The notes under the pieces are model-generated. The model saw nothing but the letters and a program-made list of their open reading frames with translations. It did no database searches and had not been told where the DNA came from. DNA of 64,000 nt, from NCBI GenBank assembly GCA_964418605.1, contig CAYQLY010000009.1, positions 39,132 through 103,131 of the forward strand, written 5' to 3'. The translations under genes were made by a program, and so were the position numbers. Origin of the DNA: an uncultured Cytophagales bacterium. Its GTDB lineage: Bacteria > Bacteroidota > Bacteroidia > Cytophagales > Cyclobacteriaceae. Shown one piece after another: positions 17,286 to 27,737 of this stretch (the first letter of the stretch is position 1; each line of letters begins with the position of its first letter).

Positions 17286-17594
17286 ATGAACGAAATCACT
17301 GTTACGCATTACCTTTACCTTAGCACATTTCTATTTATTATAGGAATAATTGGCGTTTTATCTAGACGCAATGCAATCATTATTTTTATGTCTATTGAAT
17401 TGATGCTTAATGCAGTTAACTTATTACTTGTCGCTTTTTCACACTTTGCTCAAGATGCCGATGGACAAATATTTGTATTTTTTATCATGATTGTTGCAGC
17501 TGCAGAGGTCGCAGTAGGATTAGCCATCCTTGTCATGATTTATAGAAATATAAAAAGTGTAGATATTAATATATTAAATAAATTAAAATGGTAA
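17286..17594 (+). CDS. nuoK: NADH-quinone oxidoreductase subunit K
   Basis: 102 aa, 3 TM, with '[10 protein letters not shown]...[11 protein letters not shown]'. Confidence 0.9.
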   Translation: MNEITVTHYLYLSTFLFIIGIIGVLSRRNAIIIFMSIELMLNAVNLLLVAFSHFAQDADGQIFVFFIMIVAAAEVAVGLAILVMIYRNIKSVDINILNKLKW

Positions 17595-17613
17595 ATAAAA
17601 ACTATCTATCAAT

Positions 17614-19506
17614 ATGAATTTTTATTATAATGCCCTCCTATTTATTTTACTGCTTCCTTTTATAGGGTTTGTAGTAAATGGATTAAGTAAAAAAATAATA
17701 TCTAAAAAAGCAGCTGGAGTTATTAGCACAATAGCGGTGTTTATTCCTTTTTGCATTGCAATTATTTTATTTACTCGATCTATTCATCCATTTTCTTCCA
17801 CCCTTGTTAACTATTTTACATGGATAAAAGTTGGATCACTCCAAATTGATTTTTCTTTCTTAATTGATCGATTATCTATAGCCATGATGATGATCATCAC
17901 TGGCATAGGAACATTAATTCATATTTATTCAATAGGATATATGAAAGATGATGAACGATTCCATCATTTCTTTTCTTATTTAAATTTATTTATCTTCTTC
18001 ATGTTGATTCTTGTTCTAGGAGCCAACTATCCTGTTTTATTTATTGGTTGGGAAGGAGTTGGACTTTGCTCTTATTTACTTATTGGATTCTGGTTCAAAA
18101 ATCAATCTTATAATCAAGCAGCAAATAAAGCATTCATTATCAATCGAATCGGTGATTTAGGTTTTTTGTTAGGTATCTTTCTTATTTTTCAAACATTCGG
18201 ATCTGTCAGCTTCACAGATGTTTTTACCAAAGCACCTTCATTAACAAGTAATAATCCAACACTTATTCTTATTACTATTTTATTATTTATAGGAGCAACA
18301 GGAAAAAGTGCACAAATTCCTTTATATACTTGGTTACCAGATGCGATGGCAGGCCCTACTCCTGTATCAGCTCTTATTCACGCAGCAACAATGGTTACAG
18401 CTGGAATATATATGATCATTCGATCTCATATTTTATTTTCGCTCGCTCCTACTACCCTATCTGTTATTTTACTAATTGGTTTAGTCACTGCATTATTTGC
18501 AGCTACGATTGGATTAAAACAAAATGATATTAAGAAAATTTTAGCTTATTCTACTGTAAGTCAATTAGGTTATATGTTTATTGCATTAGGATTAGGTGCT
18601 TATACAACTGCTTTTTTTCATTTAGCCACACATGCTTTCTTTAAAGCGCTTTTATTCTTAGGTGCAGGAAGTGTCATTCATGCGATGAGTGGCGAACAAG
18701 ATATTATACAAATGGGAGGTCTGCGAAAAAAAATCCCAATTACATTTATTACTTTTTTAATTGCTACATTGGCAATTAGTGGAATTCCTCCTTTTGCTGG
18801 ATTTTTTTCCAAAGATGAAATTTTAGCTAAAGCATTTGAGTACAATCCATTCATTTGGGCATTAGCCATGATTGGATCTGCGTTGACTACATTTTATATG
18901 TTTCGTTTACTCTATCTTGTTTTCTTTGGAGAATTTAGAGGAACAACTGAGCAAAAAAATCATTTACACGAATCTCCTCTTTCGATGACGATTCCATTGA
19001 TAATTTTAGCTGTCTTATCTACATTCGCTGGATTTATTGGAATACCGAATTTTATTTCTCATTCTCATCTAATAAATCATTATCTTCATTCCTTCGATCC
19101 ATTTGCTTCTGAATCTGAGCTAAGCCACTCCACTGAAATCATTTTAATATGTTGCTCTACGGGATTAATTATTTTAACTATTTTCTTGGCTTCCTTTATT
19201 TTCTTGAAGAAAAAATCAGCGATCACCTCAAAAGAAGAAAAAGGATTAGCAAAATTAATCAAAGAAAAATATTACATAGATGAAATCTATGATTTCTTAA
19301 TTACTAAACCTATTTTACGATTATCCGACTTTTTTTACAAAACAATAGATAAAAAAGGGATAGATCGCATTGTAAATAATATAGGCGCAAATACGCAAGC
19401 AAGCTCAAGTTATTTTAGACTCCTTCAAACAGGGAATCTAGGCACCTATTTATTCATTATGGTTATAGGTATAATCCTATTAGTTGGACTTAAATTATTA
19501 CTATAA
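17614..19506 (+). CDS. nuoL: NADH-quinone oxidoreductase subunit L
   Basis: 630-aa antiporter-like subunit with 'WEGVGLCSYLLIGFW' and 'LPDAMAGPTPVSALIHAATMV'. Confidence 0.95.
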   Translation: MNFYYNALLFILLLPFIGFVVNGLSKKIISKKAAGVISTIAVFIPFCIAIILFTRSIHPFSSTLVNYFTWIKVGSLQIDFSFLIDRLSIAMMMIITGIGTLIHIYSIGYMKDDERFHHFFSYLNLFIFFMLILVLGANYPVLFIGWEGVGLCSYLLIGFWFKNQSYNQAANKAFIINRIGDLGFLLGIFLIFQTFGSVSFTDVFTKAPSLTSNNPTLILITILLFIGATGKSAQIPLYTWLPDAMAGPTPVSALIHAATMVTAGIYMIIRSHILFSLAPTTLSVILLIGLVTALFAATIGLKQNDIKKILAYSTVSQLGYMFIALGLGAYTTAFFHLATHAFFKALLFLGAGSVIHAMSGEQDIIQMGGLRKKIPITFITFLIATLAISGIPPFAGFFSKDEILAKAFEYNPFIWALAMIGSALTTFYMFRLLYLVFFGEFRGTTEQKNHLHESPLSMTIPLIILAVLSTFAGFIGIPNFISHSHLINHYLHSFDPFASESELSHSTEIILICCSTGLIILTIFLASFIFLKKKSAITSKEEKGLAKLIKEKYYIDEIYDFLITKPILRLSDFFYKTIDKKGIDRIVNNIGANTQASSSYFRLLQTGNLGTYLFIMVIGIILLVGLKLLL

Positions 19507-19507
19507 A

Positions 19508-20968
19508 ATGATCAGTATATTATTACTTAGTCTTCCTTTCATAAGTGCCATTGGGCTATTTTTTCTAAAAAAAGAACAGTTCAAGTATGGTGCCCTTATC
19601 CTTTCCATTCCAAATCTAATCTTATCACTTATAGCGGCGATTTTATATACCCAAAATACAACAGATAATCTACTCTCAACGGATGTCACCTGGATTCCGG
19701 ATTTAAATATTCATTTTAAAATTGGTATAGATGGAATTAACATACCACTTTTACTCCTAACCAATCTATTAACTCCTCTTATTATTCTATCTACATTCTC
19801 AACAACACAGCATAGGTCTTTATATATACTTGTATTAGTTATGCATGGAGCCTTAAATGGTGTATTTATGGCTATGGATATGTTTTTATACTACATCTGT
19901 TGGGAAGCTGCTTTAATACCAATTTATTTTATACTATTCCGATGGGGCGGCGAAAACAAAGAAAAAATAACTATAAAATTTTTCCTTTATACCTTAGTGG
20001 GAAGTTTGCTCATGCTAGCAGGTATTGTTTTACTATATATTCAAACAGGTTCAAACGGATTTGGAGTGGAAATTTTTTACACCTCTCTACTTCCTGAAAA
20101 TAGTCAAAAAATTATATTCATTTTATTATTTGCAGCCTACGCTGTAAAAATTCCCATATTTCCTTTCCACAGTTGGCAACCTGAAACTTATACACAAGCT
20201 CCAACTACAGGCACCATGTTACTCTCAGGCATCATGCTTAAAATGGGATTATATAGCATTCTCCGATGGTTAATACCTATCACACCACTAGCCATAAGTG
20301 AATGGGGCATTTATGCTATGATCTTATGTTTAATTGGCGTGCTATACGGAGGAATTATTGCTATGAAACAAAATCATATGAAAACACTGTTAGCCTACTC
20401 TTCACTGTCACACGTAGGCTTAATTGCTATCGGATTATTTTCTCTTTCCATCCAAGGCATACAAGGTGCACTCATTCAAATGGTATCGCACGGCATCAAT
20501 GTTGTAGGATTATTTTTGATTGCTGATAGTATTCAACGTCGCACAGGAACATATGCCCTTGATCAGCTCGGAGGCATTCGACAAAAATCACCTTTTTTAG
20601 CTACAACATGCCTGATTATCGTACTAGGAAGTATTGGTCTACCTTTAACCAATGGATTTGTAGGTGAATTTTTAATTCTTTCAGGTGCCTATCAAAACTA
20701 TACATGGATAGCCATCTTCGGAAGCTTAACGATTGTATTAGGTGCTACATATATGCTGAGACTATATCAAAACCTATTTTTGGGACCGACAAACCCTGCA
20801 ACAGATCATCTCACTTCTATACATTGGAGCGAAAAAACCATTCTAGGAATAATCACCATACTTATAATTATAATAGGTATTTATCCTAATCCATTATTAC
20901 AACTAACTGACAAAAAAGAGATCGAGCGTTTAATAGCGCCTTACATCATGTTACATTATTACAATTAA
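19508..20968 (+). CDS. nuoM: NADH-quinone oxidoreductase subunit M
   Basis: The ORF opens at 19484, but ATG 19508 (MISILLL...) lies 2 nt after the nuoL stop and avoids an overlap. Antiporter-like sequence. Confidence 0.9.
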   Translation: MISILLLSLPFISAIGLFFLKKEQFKYGALILSIPNLILSLIAAILYTQNTTDNLLSTDVTWIPDLNIHFKIGIDGINIPLLLLTNLLTPLIILSTFSTTQHRSLYILVLVMHGALNGVFMAMDMFLYYICWEAALIPIYFILFRWGGENKEKITIKFFLYTLVGSLLMLAGIVLLYIQTGSNGFGVEIFYTSLLPENSQKIIFILLFAAYAVKIPIFPFHSWQPETYTQAPTTGTMLLSGIMLKMGLYSILRWLIPITPLAISEWGIYAMILCLIGVLYGGIIAMKQNHMKTLLAYSSLSHVGLIAIGLFSLSIQGIQGALIQMVSHGINVVGLFLIADSIQRRTGTYALDQLGGIRQKSPFLATTCLIIVLGSIGLPLTNGFVGEFLILSGAYQNYTWIAIFGSLTIVLGATYMLRLYQNLFLGPTNPATDHLTSIHWSEKTILGIITILIIIIGIYPNPLLQLTDKKEIERLIAPYIMLHYYN

Positions 20969-20974
20969 TTACAT

Positions 20975-22381
20975 ATGAAGACAATTATTCTGATTTCAGT
21001 ACTAGGTATTGCATCTTTATTTGGGGGGATATTTAATATAAAAAATACCATTTTATTAATTTTTATATTAATAGGACTAATTTTAGGTATTTTTTTTAAT
21101 ATCAACGATTGGAATACTTCTATTCAATATTTCAATGAAATGATATGGTATGATAACTATACTATTGTATTTAGTTCTACTATATTAATAGCCTCTATAT
21201 TTATATTTTCAACCTGCTTCTCTTATTATAAAAAAGAGTTCCAACACACTTCTGATATTTATGGACTAGTGCTTTTTATGCTTGTAGGCGGCATCGTGAT
21301 GATAGCCGCATGCAACTTTGTTATGTTTTTTATTGGATTAGAAATACTTTCTATATCTCTGTATATTTTAACAGGCAGTAATCGTAAAAATAAATTATCA
21401 AATGAAGCCTCTTTAAAATATTTTCTAACAGGATCAATGGCTAGTGGTATTCTCTTATTTGGAATAGCACTTGTATACGGAGCGACGACGAGTTTTAACT
21501 TTCAACAGATATCCCAAAAGGCTTCTACATTTACAGCAGCTTCCCCAATGCTTTCTATAGGCTATCTTTTGATTACAATTGGATTTTTATTTAAAATATC
21601 TGCAGTGCCTTTCCACACATGGACACCAGATGTATACGAAGGATCGCCTACTATTATCACCATGTTTATGTCTACCGTAGTAAAAACAGCCGCTGTAGGT
21701 TCACTGCTTCGATTTTTATGGCTAGCAAAATTATCCGACGCACTATCTTTTTCACATGAATGGGAAATTATATTTTCAATCATTGCAACAGCTACATTAC
21801 TCATTGGAAATATAACTGCTTTATATCAAACTAATTTAAAACGATTATTAGCTTATTCCAGTATATCACATATTGGGTACCTCTTACTTGGTATTGGCTT
21901 CATGAATAATAATCCACAGTTTTTTAATTGGATTGTCTACTATCTCATTGCTTACTCACTCGCTACTATTGCTGTTTTCACTATTATATTAGTTATTAAA
22001 GACAATAAAAACAAAGTAAGCATTGAGTTAGAAGATCTATCAGGATTAGGAAAAACAAATCCTGTTTTAAGTTTCATATTATCCCTTTCATTATTTTCAT
22101 TAGCAGGCATACCACCACTTGCTGGGTTCATGGCTAAATATTATATGTTTACTATTGCCCTTGAAAAAAATTATTTATGGTTAGTTATTATTGCCGTTAT
22201 TACCTCAACTGTTGGCCTGTATTACTACATACGACTTATTAATCGTATGTACAGAGAAGATGGATCAACTACTACTACTCAACTCAAGATAGATCGGCCT
22301 TATTACATCGTACTGGTTATAATAAGCATCTTACTTATCATAATAGGTTTATTTCCACAACTTATTACACACTTTTTATAA
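20975..22381 (+). CDS. nuoN: NADH-quinone oxidoreductase subunit N
   Basis: 468-aa antiporter-like subunit, last nuo gene. Confidence 0.9.
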   Translation: MKTIILISVLGIASLFGGIFNIKNTILLIFILIGLILGIFFNINDWNTSIQYFNEMIWYDNYTIVFSSTILIASIFIFSTCFSYYKKEFQHTSDIYGLVLFMLVGGIVMIAACNFVMFFIGLEILSISLYILTGSNRKNKLSNEASLKYFLTGSMASGILLFGIALVYGATTSFNFQQISQKASTFTAASPMLSIGYLLITIGFLFKISAVPFHTWTPDVYEGSPTIITMFMSTVVKTAAVGSLLRFLWLAKLSDALSFSHEWEIIFSIIATATLLIGNITALYQTNLKRLLAYSSISHIGYLLLGIGFMNNNPQFFNWIVYYLIAYSLATIAVFTIILVIKDNKNKVSIELEDLSGLGKTNPVLSFILSLSLFSLAGIPPLAGFMAKYYMFTIALEKNYLWLVIIAVITSTVGLYYYIRLINRMYREDGSTTTTQLKIDRPYYIVLVIISILLIIIGLFPQLITHFL

Positions 22382-22385
22382 GCTA

Positions 22386-22886
22386 ATGCTCAACATTACC
22401 ATTAGAAATGCTGAACGAAAAGATCTAGATCGCATTGTAGAAATATACAACTCTACTATTCCTCTTGGAACCGTAACTGCTGACACCGAACCTGTAACAA
22501 CTGAAAGTCGTGAATATTGGTTCAATGAACATCAAAATCAAAATCGTCCCTTATGGGTAGCAGAACAAAATAATATCATTATCGGATGGTTAAGTTTTAA
22601 AAATTTTTATGGCAGACCTGCTTATATACATACAGCCGAGCTAAGCATCTATTTAGACCCCGCATATAGAAAACAAAGTATAGGTAAACTACTTCTAAAC
22701 AAAGCTATTGCTACATCCTCTCAGCTCAATATAAAAACTTTACTAACCTTTGTTTTTAGTACGAATACCCCCAGCTTAAAGCTATTAAAGCAATACGGAT
22801 TCGAGCAATGGGGGTATCTGCCTGAAATAGCTGAAATCAAAGGTGAAAATCGGGATGTTATAATTTTAGGTAAAAAAATAATCTAA
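22386..22886 (+). CDS. GNAT-family N-acetyltransferase (phosphinothricin acetyltransferase-like)
   Basis: 166 aa with 'IRNAERKDLDRIVEIYN...' and an acetyl-CoA-site-like 'YRKQSIGKLLL'. Starts 4 nt after nuoN. Confidence 0.7.
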   Translation: MLNITIRNAERKDLDRIVEIYNSTIPLGTVTADTEPVTTESREYWFNEHQNQNRPLWVAEQNNIIIGWLSFKNFYGRPAYIHTAELSIYLDPAYRKQSIGKLLLNKAIATSSQLNIKTLLTFVFSTNTPSLKLLKQYGFEQWGYLPEIAEIKGENRDVIILGKKII

Positions 22887-22955
22887 ATCAGCATTTCTTT
22901 TTTTTAGTACCAGTCTTTTAGACGAAATTTGCACTATTAATTTTTAAGTAATCGC

Positions 22956-24884
22956 ATGATTACCATACACGACATCTCTTTTCATTTCGGAAGCCGAACA
23001 TTGTATGAGGACGCTTCTCTGCATATTAAGCCAAAAGATAAAATTGGCTTAATTGGAGCCAATGGTACAGGAAAATCTACATTGTTACGATTAATTACTG
23101 GAGAATACCAACCAGATAAAGGAAGCATCCGAAAAAGCAATGAATGTACGATTGGTTTTTTAAACCAAGACCTTCTCTCCTATCAAGATGAAGACAGTAT
23201 TTTATCTGTAGTGATGCAAGCATTTATACGTCAAAATATACTTCAAAAAGAAATTGACAAAACGTTACATGATTTAGAGCATCACTATGAAGAAAAATTA
23301 ATAGAAAAACTAACTAAACTTCAAGAAGAATTTGGAGCATTGGATGGCTATTCTATTCAAGCACAGGCAGAAGCCGTATTAGAAGGACTAGGATTTCAAA
23401 CTGAGGATTTGCACCGTCCTATTAAACAGTTTTCAGGCGGATGGCGTATGCGAGTTATGTTAGGTAAGCTATTATTACAAAAGCCATCTCTACTCATGCT
23501 TGATGAGCCTACCAATCACTTAGACTTACCTTCTATTGAATGGTTAGAAAACTATCTAAAAGAATATGAAGGTGCTATCATCATCGTCTCTCACGATCGT
23601 CAATTTTTAGATAATGTCATTACCTCTACAGTCGAAGTCGCGGGTCAAAAGTTAAATAGTTATGCTGGCAACTATTCATTCTACTTAGAAGAAAAAGCAT
23701 TGCGTACAGAAATACAAAAAAGTGCTTATGAAAATCAACAACAAAAAATAAGAGAAACAGAACGATTTATTGAACGTTTCAAGGCAAAAGCGAGCAAAGC
23801 TAAACAAGCTCAATCACGAATAAAAGCGTTGGAAAAAATGGAGCTAATAGAAAATGTAGATCCTGAACTCGCTCAAGTCCATTTTAGATTTCGTTATAAG
23901 CAACAACCTGGTCGATTTATTTTAAGCCTAGAGCATGTTTCAAAATCATTTGGAGACCTACATATCTTAAAGAATACAAATGCTCAAATCGAACGTGGAG
24001 ATAAAATTGCGCTCATTGGTGCTAATGGAAAAGGAAAATCAACACTGCTCCGCATCATGGCTGGCATTGAGCCTTGTGAAGGAGAACGAAAATTAGGACA
24101 CAATGTCATCGATTCTCTTTTTGCACAACATCAGCTCGAAGCACTACACATTGAAAATACAATATTGGAGGAACTCAAACAAACTGGTAGTGATAAAACT
24201 GAAACAGAGCTACGTACTATTTTAGGTTGCTTTTTATTTTCAAATGATGATGTATTTAAAAAAATAAAAATATTATCTGGAGGAGAAAAGTCACGTGTGG
24301 CCTTAGCAAAAACATTAATATCGGACGCTAATTTCCTACTGCTTGATGAACCTACTAACCACTTAGATATTTCTTCTATTAATATTCTTATTCAAGCATT
24401 ACAACAGTATGAAGGTACCTTTGTAACCATCTCTCATGATCGGCACTTTATAGCACAAGTAGCTACAAAAATTTGGTATATTGAAAATCATGAAATAAAA
24501 GAATACCCAGGCACTTTTGAAGAATATGATTATTGGAAAAGCCAACAAAAAGACAGTTCTTCTACATCAAAAACTAAAAAAGAATCTAAAAAAAAACCTG
24601 TACAAGAAACACTCCATGTAAAAAATGAAGAAAAAGAATTAACTCAAAAAAAAATTAAAAAGAATAAAGATCAACTTGGAAAAATAGAACAAAAAATCAG
24701 TACAGCAGAAAAGCAAAAGATTATACTTGAGCAAGAAATGGCTTCACCCGCTATTCACTCCAATCCAAAAGAATACGAAAAAATTAATCTTCAATACCAA
24801 CAACTATGTGCTACACTAATTCAACTTCAAACCGAATGGGATCAGCTGGCAACAGAATTGGAAGACTTAGAAAAAAAGATATAA
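22956..24884 (+). CDS. ABC-F family ATPase (two NBDs, K-rich coiled-coil tail)
   Basis: 642 aa with two Walker A motifs (GANGTGKST, GANGKGKST), two signature motifs (SGGWRMR, SGGEKSR) and no TM domain. Confidence 0.85.
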   Translation: MITIHDISFHFGSRTLYEDASLHIKPKDKIGLIGANGTGKSTLLRLITGEYQPDKGSIRKSNECTIGFLNQDLLSYQDEDSILSVVMQAFIRQNILQKEIDKTLHDLEHHYEEKLIEKLTKLQEEFGALDGYSIQAQAEAVLEGLGFQTEDLHRPIKQFSGGWRMRVMLGKLLLQKPSLLMLDEPTNHLDLPSIEWLENYLKEYEGAIIIVSHDRQFLDNVITSTVEVAGQKLNSYAGNYSFYLEEKALRTEIQKSAYENQQQKIRETERFIERFKAKASKAKQAQSRIKALEKMELIENVDPELAQVHFRFRYKQQPGRFILSLEHVSKSFGDLHILKNTNAQIERGDKIALIGANGKGKSTLLRIMAGIEPCEGERKLGHNVIDSLFAQHQLEALHIENTILEELKQTGSDKTETELRTILGCFLFSNDDVFKKIKILSGGEKSRVALAKTLISDANFLLLDEPTNHLDISSINILIQALQQYEGTFVTISHDRHFIAQVATKIWYIENHEIKEYPGTFEEYDYWKSQQKDSSSTSKTKKESKKKPVQETLHVKNEEKELTQKKIKKNKDQLGKIEQKISTAEKQKIILEQEMASPAIHSNPKEYEKINLQYQQLCATLIQLQTEWDQLATELEDLEKKI

Positions 24885-26188
24885 AAAAAATAAAACAGTG
24901 TTTTTTTTTAGTATTACTCATTTTAGTTATACCTATTGCTACAGAGGCTCAAATTAGTATTACGACATACCACGATTCTTTACAAACGCATATCAAAGAA
25001 AAATACCACGTACTTTCAGAAGATACAACTCAACTTGATGGACCTTATCAAAAATTTTATCCTACTGGAGAATTAGAAATTACTACCTTTTTCAAAAAAG
25101 GTAAAAAAGATAGCCTCTATACAGAATATTACCCTAACGGACAAAAAAAGATGACTACTGTATTTAGAGATGGTCTTCAACAAGGTCTATTTTATTCTTA
25201 CTCAAATAAGGGAACTGTGATTCAATCTGGCACTTATGATAAAGGCGAACTCATAGGAGCCATTATAAGCTATTATGAAAATGGTTCTATCAAAAAAGAA
25301 ATTCAATTTGAAAATGGTCTTCCACATGGATTAATTAAAGATTATTATCCTACTGGCAGAGTCAAGCAAGAGCTTTATTATGAGCATGGGAAACAACGTG
25401 GGTTAGCAAAAACCTATTATGAAAATGGAGGTTTAGAAACAGAAGCTTTTTATGAAAACGGATTTATTAATGGCTTTTTTAAAACATATTATACTACGGG
25501 ACAGTTAAATACACACTATACTATAGAAAAAGGAAGCAAAAATGGAGTTTTCAAAACATACTTTCTTAATGGTAAATTACAACTAGAGGGCAGCTATAAA
25601 AATGGAAAGCCTGATGGTATGAATAAAGAATACGATGAAAATGGAAAGATCAAACATGAGTTTTATTATTCAGAAGGATTTAAAACAGGACTAAATACAA
25701 CTTACTATCCATCAGGTAAGATCAAAGAAAAAATAAAATACGCTAACCAAGAAAAAGACCGTGATAGTAAACTATATAATGAACATGGTATTCTTCAGAA
25801 ACAAAGTAGTTATAAAAATGGGGTTCCAGATAATACATGGAGTTATTTTTATGAAAATGGAAACACTTATATTAAAGAATCCTATACAAACGGAAAATTA
25901 GATGGGAAAAGATACACCTTCTACCCCACAGGGAAAATCAAAGTGGAAGAAAATTATACAGCAGGAACTAAAACAGGATTAGAAAAAGGATTTTACACAA
26001 CAGAAAAAATAAACTATGAAGCTATCTATTCAAACAACGCTAAAAATGGGACATATACATCCTATTTTGAGAATGGCACTATAGACTCCACAGGCACTTT
26101 TAAAAATAATAAACCTGTTGGAAAATGGATATACTATAATGAAGACGGGAAAATAAGTAAGAGTAAAAATTGGAATAAAAAAAGGTAA
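24836..26188 (+). CDS. Secreted MORN-variant / YwqK-type repeat protein
   Basis: About 16 copies of the 'G.k.G....YY.nG' repeat. Signal peptide KKIKQCFFLVLLILVIPIATEAQ. Start uncertain: the ORF opens at 24806 inside the ABC-F gene and 24836 is the last in-frame ATG before the signal peptide. Confidence 0.6.
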   Translation: MGSAGNRIGRLRKKDIKKIKQCFFLVLLILVIPIATEAQISITTYHDSLQTHIKEKYHVLSEDTTQLDGPYQKFYPTGELEITTFFKKGKKDSLYTEYYPNGQKKMTTVFRDGLQQGLFYSYSNKGTVIQSGTYDKGELIGAIISYYENGSIKKEIQFENGLPHGLIKDYYPTGRVKQELYYEHGKQRGLAKTYYENGGLETEAFYENGFINGFFKTYYTTGQLNTHYTIEKGSKNGVFKTYFLNGKLQLEGSYKNGKPDGMNKEYDENGKIKHEFYYSEGFKTGLNTTYYPSGKIKEKIKYANQEKDRDSKLYNEHGILQKQSSYKNGVPDNTWSYFYENGNTYIKESYTNGKLDGKRYTFYPTGKIKVEENYTAGTKTGLEKGFYTTEKINYEAIYSNNAKNGTYTSYFENGTIDSTGTFKNNKPVGKWIYYNEDGKISKSKNWNKKR

Positions 26189-26232
26189 GTTTAAAGTTTG
26201 CCTTTTTTCAAAAGAATCTAAACAACTATATT

Positions 26233-26811
26233 TTAGTTGTTTTTTACTTCTTTATACCTAAAACAGGTGACCAAGTGGTCATTGACAAGGCCAGCAGCTT
26301 GAAGATGGGCATAAATAACTGTAGAACCTACAAACTTGAACCCTTTCTGCTTTAAGTCTTTGCTAACTGTATCCGAAAGAACTGTTCGTGGAGGAACTTG
26401 TTTGATCGATTTCCATTTATTGACAACGGGTTTTCCATTTACAAAATCCCAAAAATAATCTGTAAAACTTCCATACTTCTTTTGAACATCTAAGAACAGT
26501 TTTGCATTATGAATAGCCGATTCAATTTTTAATTGATTGCGAATAATCCCAGGATTGTTTAATAACTTAGCTTTTCGAGCTTCAGTATACCGCGCCACTT
26601 TTTGTGGATCAAACTGATCAAACGCTTTTCGATAGTTTTCACGCTTCTTCAACACCGTTAACCAACTTAGTCCGGCTTGAGCAGCCTCTAAAACTAAAAA
26701 CTCAAAATGTTTATGATCATCGTATAAAGGCACACCCCATTCCTCATCATGATACTTAATATGTTCTGCATAGCCTAAGCACCAATCACATCGTTTAATC
26801 AATTTATTCAT
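26233..26811 (-). CDS. tag: DNA-3-methyladenine glycosylase I
   Basis: 192 aa with 'RCDWC...YHDEEWGVP..DD...FE.L.LE..QAGLSW'. Confidence 0.85.
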   Translation of the reverse strand: MNKLIKRCDWCLGYAEHIKYHDEEWGVPLYDDHKHFEFLVLEAAQAGLSWLTVLKKRENYRKAFDQFDPQKVARYTEARKAKLLNNPGIIRNQLKIESAIHNAKLFLDVQKKYGSFTDYFWDFVNGKPVVNKWKSIKQVPPRTVLSDTVSKDLKQKGFKFVGSTVIYAHLQAAGLVNDHLVTCFRYKEVKNN

Positions 26812-26823
26812 AATAAACTAAAA

Positions 26824-27636
26824 TCAAATAACTACATTATTCTCTCGTAATGCTTCATTCAAAGATGTTTTCAAATCAGTACTTGCACTACGCTTACCAA
26901 TGATCAATGCACAAGGTACATGGTAATCTCCGGCTCGAAATTTTTTAGTATAAGATCCTGGAATAACCACTGAGCGTTCAGGTATATACCCTTTATATTC
27001 CACGGGTTGATCGCCAGTCACATCAATAATCTTCGAACTCCCAGTAACTACTACATTAGCTCCTATCACAGCTTCCTTACCAACCCGTATGCCTTCAACT
27101 AATATACAACGCGAACCAATAAATGCACCATCTTCTACAATTACTGGAGAGGCTTGAACAGGCTCCAAAACACCACCAATGCCTACACCCCCACTAAGAT
27201 GAACATGCTTGCCAATTTGAGCACAGCTGCCTACAGTAGCCCATGTATCTACCATTGTTCCTTCATCGACATAAGCACCAATATTTACGTATGATGGCAT
27301 AAGAATAACACCTTTACCTAAAAAGGCCCCATATCGAGCAATGGCATGAGGCACCACACGAACACCTAACTTTTTATAGCCTTTCTTCAAAGCCATCTTA
27401 TCATAAAATTCAAAAGGCCCAACTTCCATCACCTCCATCGTACGAATAGGGAAATAAAGAATAACTGCTTTTTTGATCCATTCATTCACGTGCCATCCTC
27501 CTTTGGCAGTAGGCTCTGCAACACGTAATGCACCTTCGTTAAGTTTTTCTATAATACCTTCAATAGATTCTATAACATGCTTATCTTGAAGCAACTGCCG
27601 ATTTTCCCAAGCTGACTCAATGATATCTTTATTCAT
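26824..27636 (-). CDS. dapD: 2,3,4,5-tetrahydropyridine-2,6-dicarboxylate N-succinyltransferase
   Basis: Hexapeptide-repeat enzyme. The ORF extends to 27687, but M18 (27636, MNKDIIESAWENR) is preferred because the extension runs into a terminator hairpin. Confidence 0.85.
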   Translation of the reverse strand: MNKDIIESAWENRQLLQDKHVIESIEGIIEKLNEGALRVAEPTAKGGWHVNEWIKKAVILYFPIRTMEVMEVGPFEFYDKMALKKGYKKLGVRVVPHAIARYGAFLGKGVILMPSYVNIGAYVDEGTMVDTWATVGSCAQIGKHVHLSGGVGIGGVLEPVQASPVIVEDGAFIGSRCILVEGIRVGKEAVIGANVVVTGSSKIIDVTGDQPVEYKGYIPERSVVIPGSYTKKFRAGDYHVPCALIIGKRSASTDLKTSLNEALRENNVVI

Positions 27637-27676
27637 AACAAATAATACTGATAAAAGATACGAATACTTTTTAAAT

Positions 27677-27707
27677 AAAACAACCACTTTTTAAAAGTGG
27701 TTGTTTT
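27677..27707 (-). terminator. Intrinsic terminator downstream of the 936-aa T9SS cargo gene
   Basis: Near-perfect palindrome AAAACAACCACTTTTT/AAAAGTGGTTGTTTT with core stem CAACCAC/GTGGTTG. Confidence 0.55.
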
Positions 27708-27737
27708 AAGAACTTTATTCTAATTTAAAAACGACAA

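Noticed and set aside
9720-21804. Numerous 60-125-aa ORFs antisense to, or out of frame within, the nuo genes (for example 9720..9968, 11805..12190, 13850..14155, 15197..15433, 16157..16531, 18330..18527, 18678..18869, 19501..19689, 19900..20097, 20302..20526, 20704..20889, 21562..21804)
   Set aside because: All lie entirely inside strongly supported, conserved nuo coding sequences and have low-complexity or unrecognisable products. They are shadow ORFs.
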